Assembly: GCA_963796955.1 (NCBI GenBank)
Contig: CAWCNJ010000007.1
Location: forward strand, 1-64,000
Source: Endomicrobiales bacterium
Lineage (GTDB): Bacteria; Elusimicrobiota; Endomicrobiia; Endomicrobiales; JALOBY01
Direction of reading: 5' to 3'
DNA length: 64,000 bases
A program made the position numbers and the translations under genes. Shown piece after piece: positions 39,901 through 50,700 of this stretch. Each line of letters begins with the position of its first letter. Position 1 is the first letter of the stretch. The notes under the pieces are model-generated. The model did no database searches. It saw only the letters and a program-made list of their open reading frames with translations, and had not been told where the DNA came from.

Positions 39901-41656
39901 GATAGCCGCGCTTAAGACCGCCGCCGGCAACAACAAAGAAAGCCAGGCTGTCCTTCAACTCTTTATAGATTGTGGTATACCGGAAGTGGTGATAATAGCG
40001 GAAACAACGGCCGCCACCGGGAACTATGACATTAAATTCAAGAAGGCCGCGGCGCAGGCGCTGCTTGACGTGGCGGCGCAGGGCCCAGCCGGCCCGTACT
40101 ACACTATGGTTGTCGCCGCGCTTAAAACCATTGCGGATAATACCAATACAGATGTTAATATACTGAATACGCTCATGAATTGCGGCATCGCCTCAGTTGA
40201 GATCGCTGCCTGCCAGACGATCATCAATGGTAAGTTCACGGGTAATCTCGACGGGGTGCGTGGCCGCCTCGACAGCGCGACACCTTATATAACAGCGTTG
40301 CGTCAGCAGGCTATGGACAAGCTGATGGGCTATGCTCTGGGTGGTACGGCAGACGCCGGTGCGGCCCTTCAAGACCTTAAAAACATTGGCGGAAATCCGA
40401 AATCCGATTCGTGGGTCCTGGCCGCGCTGATGACCTGCGGGATTGCCGGGGTTGAAATTATTGCCGCGAAATCGATGGTATTGAGTAATTATGATTACGC
40501 GACATATAAAACTCAGGCTCTGGAAATACTGCTTGGTTACGCTAACGGCGGCACAGATAATGCCCAGGCCGCCTTTGATGCCATGTTATCGTTGGCTGGA
40601 GATAAAGATCTGTATGGAGAGGCGCTCCTGTGGTTGATGAACGCTGATGTCACACTGGTAAAGGTTAACTCCGACAGTGTTCAATCGATCCAAATAACAG
40701 CCGCCTCAACTATTCTGGTGAGCGGTAATTTTGATCAGAATGGTAAGGACCTTGCGATCGCCATGTTGTTGAATTGCGCACTGAACGGTACGGCCGATGA
40801 TAAGAAGGCCGCCATGGCAGCGCTTAAGGATGCCGCAAAAAACACCAAGGCGAGTTTAAAAACCCTTAATATGCTGATGGATTGCGGCATAGCTTCTATT
40901 GAGATCATGGCCGCAGAGACGTTGTTCACTACTACGGACAACGGGAATGTTAAGGCCGCCTGCATAGATAATTTGTTGTTATTCGCCCAGGACGCATCAG
41001 ATCAAGACGCTATGGCCGCCGCGATTAAAGCGCTCACTGAAATAACCGGAAAAACAGCTGATCAGGATACGCTCCTCAGGCTTATGACGTGCGGTGTAAT
41101 CCCGGTCGAAATCGCGGCAGCTGTTTCTTTGGCCCTTAACGGCGATCCCGGGAAGGATGACGACCAGTCCGTGCGCGACATGGCCATTCAGCACCTTATG
41201 GATATTGCCACGAGCAACTCTCCTTATAAGGCCGCTGCCATTTCTTCCCTGGTCTCCGTCGCCGGCAGCCAGTACGCAACCATACCGTCGTTGACCAGCA
41301 TGATGAATTGCGGCATTGTATCGGTTGAGATCTCCGCGGCAACGACTTTACTAATGCAGATCAAGGATACCAACAACCAGGATCTGCAGGATCAGGCGCT
41401 AGATAAACTTTTCAGCATAGTAAATTTTGTCGATCCCTATACCGGTGCCCAGTCGCCATACAAGCAGGCTGCGATCCTTGCCCTGCAAAATGTTGCCGGC
41501 GACTACACCAATATTGACGGCGATTGGGAAACGCTCCCCGGTTATGGAATGTCTCTGGCATCATTACGAAGGCTCGCCGGATGCGGTATAGCCTCGGTCG
41601 AAAAGATAGCTAATGAGACGCTTAATCTGAGAGCACGGCACGGTTTATCTTGCTAA
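33980..41656 (+). CDS. Giant protein, N-terminal part: signal peptide, inactive C39-like module, Pro linker, active C39-like module, HEAT-like solenoid
   Basis: GGAGG SD; FNCAVDAL (Cys 35660), GHFVTV (His 35933), YTDSDG (Asp 35981); about 12 CG(I/V)-marked helical repeats. Confidence 0.85.
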   Translation: MRRLINLWRGLVLWVQSLTVMKSFCIVLLSAFFINTMMWSGGYAQALDDQRNKDKHQHDVLYQNPGYLSPQAAQNGPYKQQLDPTTNQTLLINRTDGTIAGIRDNATGMTLMYVKDKNDPTKITTIVTDKDGNRLGSFEGTKSFADVKKAGITETPQNGPTKRGPEVRKQRRGGDDVAPGDTIKDGDKTGSSGQPGSDGLSKGISDWLTAYNNADPATQASMLKDAGLSAQQVKAMSKETQEKLAAYLKSKEDKDKGGITARGLAQRRGGLSAFMDMVRSGATMSLQNLVSFFSKKTNPDGTQALVSMADIQAAAAANGVTLIASQTDMGGLADASANGPVIAHLAGSKGQPGSFVLVTNVSNGNVTFTSADGKHRYTVTEDQFKKMGFDGKILSTKAEGTGLSGSAATATKGNFVTRLLGSIWKAFKSAATPAATPPATGPTPRVAKSKAQTPPAATPPAATPPVANPPTGPTPVAPTTQPPAATSPDASTVITNVKKWMYDFLHADAATQAAMLAKLGLTAGVLASLGLTVASIAKSLAQNGDKIISYLEAQGDKIFNCAVDALGGLLTGSNKNGLTLNMILVDMVTGGLTDQAAAGAQRIQFSFLAINTTAKVNGLTLTAANTNMAGLGQATAGGKPVIVHLNGDSTGHFVTVTGISNGTVYYTDSDGTKKSMSEADFAKSWSGDILTQAPVTAPGTRTLNARQQATIRGAGTQSVGYKAANNEYNQKGATLQQKQDALAQLIALAAGGDADAKALLKKILGDNKTDPSLIAMIVNDPTMRSFLNSLIADKSTSTTVLKAIMGSTDESLKVGAGRAIMYSGANITDKKWALDILFGVPSAHSLLTELATNWNSTDKEILKYMMDHGPRDISFASAKTLLIKNQGYQKEAMAMLQGVMGDPTAAWSDRVAAATILANSKNADTTVKGQSDTARNLAAQWLIDVANGTIASDAATMQKAHAALVTMANDGDGNTSDAILLKLAKYKDSNGAVDDSIAIPAAKMFIYTGKNQKDKDALITYLAGVAPGDKKVEGLLEDLAKNKKSGQGTLEDLRDCGIAVVSIYACGTLLNNNWDTSNSKARLLAWMNDTSGNTSMVLRIEAAGQLLSSANVDDTTKESAITLLDQEASVIYVGDGGDTAAMQAAQKYLKDYAATSTNNTVLFFLLYHCKYAPARAMAGTTIINSKASMTDKQYAITFLDGLAPTDSYAESALKTIATNTRDVPVLKALLNCNDKKVVIAAALTCVTKINDEGAKELGVVKLLGLLSDPTCATQASAALLQVAQDKNSGKTILQWLTGLSGDKNFTMGAALTDSLRIAAAKTLVTGGFDQNAQNMGMDLLFHYANGDDGYTADPAMKQKAIDTLSAVAGTSGLSQTTLYRLADCGIQQIQVQAWESIVLSPYAQSSNDPNDTHSKDYALKQLHDRAKTDPAAMTALRNIAGSSSANLSQKTLQTIIGYGADFSAIVVTALKTGSLGKYGNMTDGTSFNAYCVRQLIQCAKGSYTDADGNVVNLSDTDRKSARGYLKDIAGNSDASEAVQTILMKLNPGDDPSFGDIAITAATTITLGKKYSESAKNAAVDTLLAYAGANGQSVPGESPADKAEARAKLGLIAKSPGLSAANIRKLAVCGIGSIEIPALASEIGNKNFKPDEQTAALQRLNLYSDGQKDSEGTQFKKTAEDALVGITQRMDVSQTILAWMKDHCMDPVANMATCYALVLRFYSSKDGKDALQDLIAFAKSTNADTKKTALRYLTNLTEPEYATEPVLVSLLECGIGSIAIAAAQTLLGLSKDNVPFYQAAQNLALAKLLAYGSGNVPGADAGDKKLAHDALLAVAKGPYTDAAILQTLIGLTDLKDFGDICVAACVTALTGNQHGTFDQKLQAAALAQLLSFYHSTDPDMAAFKDTVLGALRTVAQSPNTSVAILKILETCGIPEIEVDASLGVLMSNASDTDKLAAYGYLKKFILEDSDQKGAAIAALKTAAGNNKESQAVLQLFIDCGIPEVVIIAETTAATGNYDIKFKKAAAQALLDVAAQGPAGPYYTMVVAALKTIADNTNTDVNILNTLMNCGIASVEIAACQTIINGKFTGNLDGVRGRLDSATPYITALRQQAMDKLMGYALGGTADAGAALQDLKNIGGNPKSDSWVLAALMTCGIAGVEIIAAKSMVLSNYDYATYKTQALEILLGYANGGTDNAQAAFDAMLSLAGDKDLYGEALLWLMNADVTLVKVNSDSVQSIQITAASTILVSGNFDQNGKDLAIAMLLNCALNGTADDKKAAMAALKDAAKNTKASLKTLNMLMDCGIASIEIMAAETLFTTTDNGNVKAACIDNLLLFAQDASDQDAMAAAIKALTEITGKTADQDTLLRLMTCGVIPVEIAAAVSLALNGDPGKDDDQSVRDMAIQHLMDIATSNSPYKAAAISSLVSVAGSQYATIPSLTSMMNCGIVSVEISAATTLLMQIKDTNNQDLQDQALDKLFSIVNFVDPYTGAQSPYKQAAILALQNVAGDYTNIDGDWETLPGYGMSLASLRRLAGCGIASVEKIANETLNLRARHGLSC

Positions 41657-41723
41657 ATCGAAAACAGCTATCGCTCACTCAGAGAAAGAGAAAGCGGATA
41701 AGGCCGCTGGGCCCGTTGCGCCT

Positions 41724-44700
41724 GTGGTGCATGCCGCAAGCTCGGATTCCACGACCGTTGTGACGTACATTACAAATAAACTCGCGGAATTTTTAACGGA
41801 CACTCCCGCCCAACAGGCCGCCTTCCTCGCCTCGTTAGGCCTGGATATGACGACGCTGATGAGCCTTGGCCTGTCCCTGGACCAGATAGCGGCGTACATC
41901 GCAACAAACAGCCAGTCGATCATCGCATACCTTACCTCTCAGGGATCACAGATATTCAACTGTGCCGTTGATTCGCTTGGCAATCTTATCGGCGCCGGCA
42001 CCGATAAAAATGGCCTTGCCGAGAATATTATCCTGGTAGACATCATGACAGGCTCTCTGAGCGTTCAGGCAAGCCAGGGCCTCAACGACCCGATACAATT
42101 CAGCGCGCTTGCTATCCAACAGACGGCTGCACTCTACGGGATAAAACTAACAGGATTCAGCACCGATATAACCGGCCTTACTCAGGCAGCGGCAGGCGGC
42201 AAGCCTGTCGTCGTGCAGGTTACCAACAGCAGCGGCCAGGGCCACTTCGTGGTAGTTACCAGTATCACTAATGGTATCGTCACCTACAAAGATAATGACG
42301 GCACCGTTAAAACGATGAAGGTCGCTGATTTCCAAAACGTATGGTCCGGCGTTATCCTGTCTCAGGACCAGATAGCGGGCGACAACGTCTCTAGACTTTC
42401 CTTACTGCAAACTCAGCAGATCATGGGGGCTTCCGGCAACCCGATAACGTATGTTGTGCGTGGTCTGAATGCCGCCGGATCCTACGTAGTGCACACGGTA
42501 ACACATGCGATTGCGCATCCTCTTGATACGATAAAAACAGTTCAAGCAGATATATCTAAAGTTCAGGACGATATCGTTGCCGTAGCCAAGAAAACCTGGG
42601 ATATTGCAGGAAAAGTCTGGACTGGAATTACCAGCAAATCCACCTACCAGGCCATTGGCACGTGGATCAAACATGCAGCGGATACAATACACCATGGCAC
42701 CGTAGAAACTTTCAAGGCCACCTGGAAGCTGACGAAAGCGATCGGCAACTTTTTTGCCGCCTTTGGCGATCTGTTCACAGGTGACTGGAGCGGATTCAAG
42801 AGCAGAATGGGCGGTGCCTGGACCAACCTCACTCAAAGCGTCGGCCAGGTGCTCAGCGGCGCGGCGGAAATTGTTGTGGGCTCCATCGCCATTACCTCCA
42901 TAGTAGCGCCACTTGCCGTTGGCATTGCCAGGGCATGTGGTTCCAACTGGATGAACAATAACTGGAACGGGATAGTAAAATACGGTAAAGGTGTTGTAAT
43001 AGTCGTGGCAGCGATCATAATCATATACTTTACCGGCGGGGCGGGAGCAACGGTTTTTGGGTCTACCATGCTGGCATCAGCGTGCGCAGCCACCGCGGTC
43101 GCTGTGGCTGTTTCAGTGTCAGCCCAGATGGCTTTCAACCATGGCAATATCAACTATAACCAACTGGGCAAGACCGCTGTAATAGCGTTTGCTTCATCAA
43201 TAGCCATGGCCGGTGCAGGCACGTTAGGACAGGCATCTACTTTCTGGGGGCAGGTTGCCGTTAGTGCGGCCCGAGGGGCGGTGATAGCAGGTGTCACTAA
43301 CATTGGTAGTCAACTTATCACTACCGGCCATATTAACTGGACTAAGGTTGCACTTGCCGTAGGCATAGGCGCAGCCCAGGGCGCGGCCAACGGCGCGATG
43401 AATTATGAGGTAAGAATAAGCCCTAGTTTGCAAGCCAGCAGCTGGTACACGGCTGCCTGGGAAGGCGCAGTCCGCGGCGCGGTAAACTCATTCATAAGTG
43501 ATATGATCACTGAAGGCATATATGACAGGAAATTGCACGGTTATAGAATTTTACGGGATATGGGCGAGGGCGGGGTTAAGGGCGGTGTGGAAGGCTCCTT
43601 GCAGGGTGCCGACGACGGTAAAGGCGGCAGGACCGGAGGTTTGTTCAGCAAACTTAACCAGTCATCGGATGTGGCGGGGAAGATATTCGCGGGAACTTTT
43701 TCAGGGTTTGCCACCGGCACCGCCGATTATTTCGCCAAATGTCTGATCGAGTGGCAGGCGCCTGACGCGAATGGTATTAAAGGCGCGATGATGGGAGGGA
43801 TGTTTAACGGCCTTATCTCAACTGCGCTTGCAACCAGGACGTATGTGCCTGGGGGGGCACCTCAACCGGGCAGCGCGTATGGCATTGACGGGTGGCTTAA
43901 CGGCGATAACACTTTGGGATTCGTCGTAGGTACCGTGCTGAACACCGCGGGAAGCTTTCTTGCCTCTTACATCAGCGGCGCAGCAGTGTTTTATTCTACG
44001 GCTGGCGCCAGGGGCAGTTACAATGACTACCTGAGAGGCACTGATGATGGCGCCACCGGTAACCGCTTTGAAGTAATGATGGCCGGCTCGGTGGAGCAGG
44101 CGCTTACCTCGTCCATTGCTGAATCATTTGCCAGATTCGACGAAGCGCATGTGAAATATTTTGAAGGCAAGTCTCTTGCGGATCACGTAAACAATCTGGT
44201 CGGTGATGAAACGTATAAGGATCCTAAAACCGGCACTATTTACCATTCCGACGCGTACATCGATTTTGATGCGAGATCCGGCAGCTTCTTTATCATAGCG
44301 GGGCACGTGGATTACAAAACACCGTCTGGATCTGTGGTGACTGCGACATATGAGGACGGCGGCATTGTCAAAGCCGGCGATGATACATTTAATGATTATA
44401 CAGCGCTCGGTAACAGGTACTGCGGCTTTGCGCTCGTGCCAACCACCAGCGATGACCAGCGTGTTATACTATTAAGCGGTCCTATTGACGCCCCGACCTT
44501 TGTAAACGGCTATGATACGCCGACCTACCGGCTTGGCCTGTCAGCCAACGGGAAACTATCCGACTTATTAACCTTCAACGGATCAAATGGCTGGAGCGTT
44601 GACCTGCAGGTAAACGAGCGCTCGGCACAATCGCCGATCCCGGGAAAGATATTTGTTACCAGGGCCGAGGATGGAAGTTTTAATGTTTTCTCTCTCGATC

Positions 44701-47700
44701 CGGAAACCGGCAATCCTGTTGACGCGGGCACTATTTCCGAAGATCAGCTCAAAGAATCGCACGGCCGCGTTAAGCTTGCCGGCCGTTTGGACGGAACCGC
44801 CGCTGAGGCAGTAACGACCGATCTTCTGGGCCATACTATTACTCGTCAGGATAAATTTGACGCCGGTGATATTATAATACATATCACACCTGATGCTGCC
44901 GGCGGGGGGTTCGTCGCTTCATTTAAAGGAGAAGTTGAGAATGCGAAGATAAAAGGTGACTATGTGCATGTTACCTACGGTGGGGGCAAGTTCTATGCGT
45001 TAGACGGCGATGCGGCGGAAGTCGGTATAGCGAATGCGGATAACAACCTTGACTTAAAAGGCCAGGGAGACGGTGCGATCGCGCGCGTCAGAGGGGCAAG
45101 GAGGCCTGTTACTACTACGGATGAGGGGACCGACGATCTAGCAGCCGCCCTTGACGAGATACTGCCGGGCGACGGGCCTGCAACAGACGGAAACACCGGC
45201 GAAAGCGGCGGTCACATACGTGCGACCATTCGCAAATCGGCTACACCTTCTGCGCCGGCGCCCGACGCCGGCACTCCGGACGGCCAGCCTCAACCGGCGC
45301 CTGAAGCGACTCCTTCAGCCCCGGTGCCGCCTGTTGTTAGGACGGATGGTGTGCTTGCCCTGGCCAACACCCAGGGAAGTACGGGCATAGATCCTGTTTC
45401 AGATCTGCTCGATCAACTATTTCCAACACCGGTGACCGAAGGCGGGCCGGTTAACGACCAGCCGCCAGTAACTAAGAATGACGCGAATGCTCCTTTTGAG
45501 CCGTTGCCTGGAGAGAACACTGGCGACGGCAGTGGCGCCCCGACTATTGTTCCCCATGCTCTCAGACAGGTTACTCCTGCACGATCTGCCACTGCAGATG
45601 AAGACCAGCCGCCGGTTCCCCCGGCAGAAACAAATCCAGGTGCAGTGCCTCCGGCAGTAGAAAATGGAGGTGTGCTTGCGCTGGGCAGCCCGACAAGTAA
45701 TCTGGATGCAGCTAATATTGTAGATCAACTTCTCACCCTTGCGCCTGCGGCAGATACGTTGCCGGATCAGCCGCCCGCAGCAAAGGATGATACGCCGCCG
45801 TCAGCCGAAACCCTGCCGGGGGACAAACCCGGTAACGGTGATAGCGGACCGTTAACCCCTCATGTTTTAAGACAGGCTCCTCCCGCGCCCACAGCCACTA
45901 CCGGGGAGCCTCCGCAACCGATCGTGCCGGATCAGCCTTTTGTTGACGGTCCCATACCGGATTCGGTGAAAACCGACGGTGTTATGGCCTTTGGCAACCC
46001 GGGCGGCAACGGCGATCTGCTTTCTTACGTAGAGGATCAAGTTGTAACCACCCCGCCGGTTTCCGGCGGCCCTGCCCCTGTGGCTGATACTGCCGAAGAC
46101 CAGCCTCCCAAAGATAAGGATGTTGTGCCTCCTTCCGCGGGACCGTTGCCGGGAGACAATGCCGGCGCTGGTGAGAGCGGCCCGATAACCGCTCATGCCT
46201 TTAAACAGACTACTCCCATGCGGACTCCAGATGCCGGGGAACCCCCGCAGCTGGTTTTGCCTGACGAAACACTTTTCGGTCCTGACGTTCCTGATACGGT
46301 TAAAACCGACGGCGTGTTGGGCGTTGGCAACCCGGGCGGCAACGGCGGCCTCATTTCATATGTAGAAGATGCGGTTGTTACCCCGCCAGTTTCCGCCGGC
46401 CCGGCGCCCGTGAGTGATGCTCCGGAAGAGCCGCCAACACCGCCTGAAGCAGCACCCCGTGCCCCTGAACAGTTGGCTATGGGACCCGCAGGCGTGCTTC
46501 CGCCGGTAGGAACTCAGCCGAGCGGACTTAACACCGCACCACCACCCATAGCCGGCTCAGGCTCCGATGAAGAGCTCATGAACGCCGCCGTGGATGATCA
46601 TTCCGATACGTTCACGGATGAAACACTTACCCACGCGGATGTACGGTTGAAAGTAACCAGGGGAAGTGACGGCACAATATCCGTCAGTTATGTCGGCCTG
46701 GTAAACGCATCTATTGACGGCGTGCCTCAAACCATCTATTACGGTCCGACCGGCATGGCTTATGCATTTGATAATCCTACGCTCGCGGGCGCGGCTGCCA
46801 ACGGCGGACGGTTGGTACTAAAAAATCAGGCCCCGGGTATGGGTGTGCATCATGTCGGGCCTCTTGATGATAATGGCAATGCCGATACCAGCGACGACAC
46901 TCTTACCGGCGGCGATCTGGTGCTGCGGGTATCAGCTAATAACGACGGCACCTTCGGTGTAAGATTTGGCGGTGTGGAAAACGCGCGGATCGGCGGATCT
47001 GACCAGACCCTGTGCTTCCGGCCGGATGGCGCAGCCTTCTCCCTTGATAATTCTTTCCTTGAGAAATATCACGGCAGCAGTATTACATTGAACGACCAGG
47101 CTACAGGTTTTGGTGTGCGTACTGCCAATGGCGACAAGACATTAACCGGTGGAGACATGGTGTTGAGGCTATCCGGTTCCGGACCGGACGGTTTTAATGT
47201 AAGATTCGCCGGTTTCGATGGAGCTGAAATTGATGGTGTGGCCTTTAAGACATGTCAAATGACCAACGGCTCTTACTACGCCTTTAACAATACTTCCATG
47301 GCGGATGCCTTCGATAACAATAAGGGCATGCTTGTGCTGAAAGATGACGGAAAAGGTTTTGGAGTTGAAAAGGTTGGCGCTCTGGTAAATGGCAAAGCTG
47401 TGGCCACCAGTGAAACGCTGACCGCCGGCGACTCGGCCTTCAAAGTAACTAAGAACTATGACGGTACTTTCGATGTGCGGTTCGCTACCATACAGAACGC
47501 GAAGATAGGCGATGTGAGCGAAACGCTTGCCTTCGGCAGGCCTGACGGCGTGGTGTACGCCTTAAACGATGACCTGCTGCAGGAAGTAATACCGCACGGT
47601 AAGGACCATGGCAACTTGGTGATAGCGGATCAGGGCAAAGGCTTCGCCGTCCAGTTAGCAGGGCCTGTGGGCGCGGACGGCAGGTCTACGGTCACGTCCG

Positions 47701-50700
47701 GGAAGCTGAGCGGCGGTGATGCGGTGCTCACTATTTCAATTGCCGCAGACGGCGTATACGGCGTAAGGTTTACGGATATCATAAATGCCGATGTGAACGG
47801 CGTCGATCAGAAGATCTACTTTGGTCCGGATGGCACGGCCTACGGCCTGGACCGTTCCGTGGTCGCGGCCGCCGAACAAAAACACGACGGGATACTGATA
47901 CTTGCCGGCCAGGCGAATGGTTTGTCGGTCAAGAACGTAGGGCCTGCTAACGGTAAGGGAGAGGCCGGTGTTACCGACGAGAAACTCACCGGCGGCGACC
48001 TGGTACTGTATGTCGGCGATAAGTCGTTCGACACATGCGATGTAAGGCTCGCCGGCGTTCAGAACGGCGATCTGGACGGTGAGCATGTAAATATCATGTT
48101 CAAACCCGACGGCACCGCGTACGCCTTCGATACCGCCGCTATCCTCGCATCCAAACAACACGACGGCATTCTTATGCTCGCCGGCGAGGCGGCCGGCTTC
48201 AAAGTGCGCGAGGTCGGCGCGGTCGTCGACGGCCATGCCTCTTTCAGCACCGACTTGCTTACCAGCGGCGACCTGGGTGTAAAGGTCTCCTTTGATCCCA
48301 AAGGCGGCGAACCCGAAGTCAGGCTTGCCGGCATTATAACCAACGCCGAGATAGCCACCAAAATACAAACCGATATAAAACAGACGATCATCTTCGCCAA
48401 CGACGGCACGGCTTATGCCTTTACCGACGCGGCACTTGCGGAAGCGAAGGCAAATCGTGATTCTGCTGCATTCAACAATTTGCCGGCGGTGGTCATGCTT
48501 CGGCAGATGGGCATTCTTGGTGACAATACTAACGCGCATTTCGGAATAACTATCGACGGTGGAGCATCAGATTATGCGGTTCAAATAGTAGGAAAGAGCG
48601 GCATGACGAAGTCGTCGCTGCTGGGCGGCGACATGGTGCTGGAAATAGCGGAGAAGAACGATTCGTACGCAGCACAGGTTTCGGGAATAAATAACGCGCT
48701 TACGCAAGATCATACCTCGGTAAAGGTCTTCCTGTTCGGGAATAATGCGTATGCGCTCCTCCCCGAGCTGGATTTACCGGACGCAAAAAACGTCATGGTA
48801 GATTCACAGGGTAATCTGGTGGTCATGAGCCAGGATCAGGCTGGCAAAGCGTCCGCGGTATTAATAGACCATGAAGGCAACCAGACCGCTATTAAAGATG
48901 TGTACGCAGATAACGCCTGGATCACGACGGGATTGAAAGCCGCGGGAATAGGTGAAGACGTAAACGGTCTTATGTTGATATACAAAGCCGTCAGAGGAAA
49001 AGATGGGGCTCCTGATAAATGGGTGTCTATGTTCGTGCATCCCGTCGGCGACGGATATTTTGCGGAGCTGCAAAAATACACCTGCAACGACGGTTCGGTG
49101 ATATTTGAGTCTCAGGGTAAATCACGGTCGTTATATAAAGTAAATACGTCCGCCGATGGAACACAATCACTGGGCTTTATTCTCTCCGGATCGTATTCGT
49201 CAACCAGTGAAGGGGACACGGTCAGAAAGCAATTTGATGTTAATGCAAAAGACGGCAGCGTAACTTCCGATCTGTATGTTCAACGCGGCGCTGCCGGTTT
49301 ATCCGATGATGTCTTCAAAGATAAATACGGCACTATTCTAAACGAGGTTAAGATCAAGGGTATACTAAAATCAGATAGCGAAGGTTTCATCGCTAAAACA
49401 GTAAGCGGTTATGGCCTAGAGTTCAAAGGCGATGATGTTGTCGGCGCGTTTACGGGTGACTTGGATGTTAAAAACGGGAAGAGTAAGATCCATTACAGCT
49501 TCGGCTCGGATGGTATGTATCTTGGGTCAGTAGTTACCACAACCAGGGCGATCCCCGGCACGGCCGCGTATTATGTCACAACAGTCACGTACGACTATGA
49601 TGATAAAAAATCAGCTCCTGTTTCTGTGTTGAAGGGCAATATGGGTATCACGGGCATCTATACTGATCCGACCGGCAAACAGTATATTTCAGGCACCCTT
49701 GTTATAGATAAAGAGACCGGTCGTATAGACGTCGCCAACGGTGTTGGCCGTAGAACGGAACAAGGTATCCTCGTTGAATTTACCACCGACAAAAACGGCA
49801 GGGAGCGGGTTGTGCGGACATACGGGCCTACCGGGATAGATACTGATGTCAGAGCACAAAATTCTTATACGACTTACGCAAATGGACGGTCTTATGACCA
49901 TACACAAAACGCTTCAGGTTTCGGCAACTTTACCACCCCTGACGGCTCAGTATATACCAGCGGCAATGTCATAGTGGTGAACGGCGAATTGCGCGTAGGT
50001 GATGGCGATTGTACGTCATTCATGGGCAAGGGTAGTTTAGCCCTGACCGGCAAGAGCGATAGCCAGGGTAACGCGAGCTATTCGTGGATATCAGGTACCT
50101 ATCACGGCAAAGCATTAAATACCGAGCTGGTGCCGCTCAGCGGCGGTGGATATCAGATATTTGACGCTACTATTTTCAATGGCGACTGGTTCTCAAGCGT
50201 AGACGGAATGACTGATATAGATTTCACCATGGTTGGTTTGAAACAAGTAACCGTCGGTACGAAGGAAAATGCAAAACAAGTATGGATGTTTGAAGTCGGC
50301 ATCATCGGCAAACAAGATCAGGATTTCAATGGTGTGAACATGCCGCGCCAGGGCGTAGCGGGCGGTAATACTATCGCTCCTGTACCCAGCGGGGAGGAAT
50401 CGGAATTTGGATTGCAGCGTGAATTGTTGGTGACCACGGGTGATTATAACCGCTTTACAAAGAGTGCAACGATCAATATTACCGCAACGAGCGGCAATGT
50501 CGCCTTTAAAGCCGATATCCCTGTAGATTCTGCTCAAGATGGGCATATAAAATCCCTTACCTTCAGCGGTTTTGAAGAGGGGACGCGCGTCAGGATGGGC
50601 AAGGGCGGGCTGCAGTACGAAACGCAATACGCCGGTCAGGGCTTGCTTGCCTCCGGCTATCGCGATATTACCGAGGGAACGTACATAGATATACATATCC

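Noticed and set aside
34568..42431. Bacteriocin ABC exporter (PCAT)
   Set aside because: The C39 modules are not followed by an ABC membrane domain or an LSGGQ-type nucleotide-binding domain.
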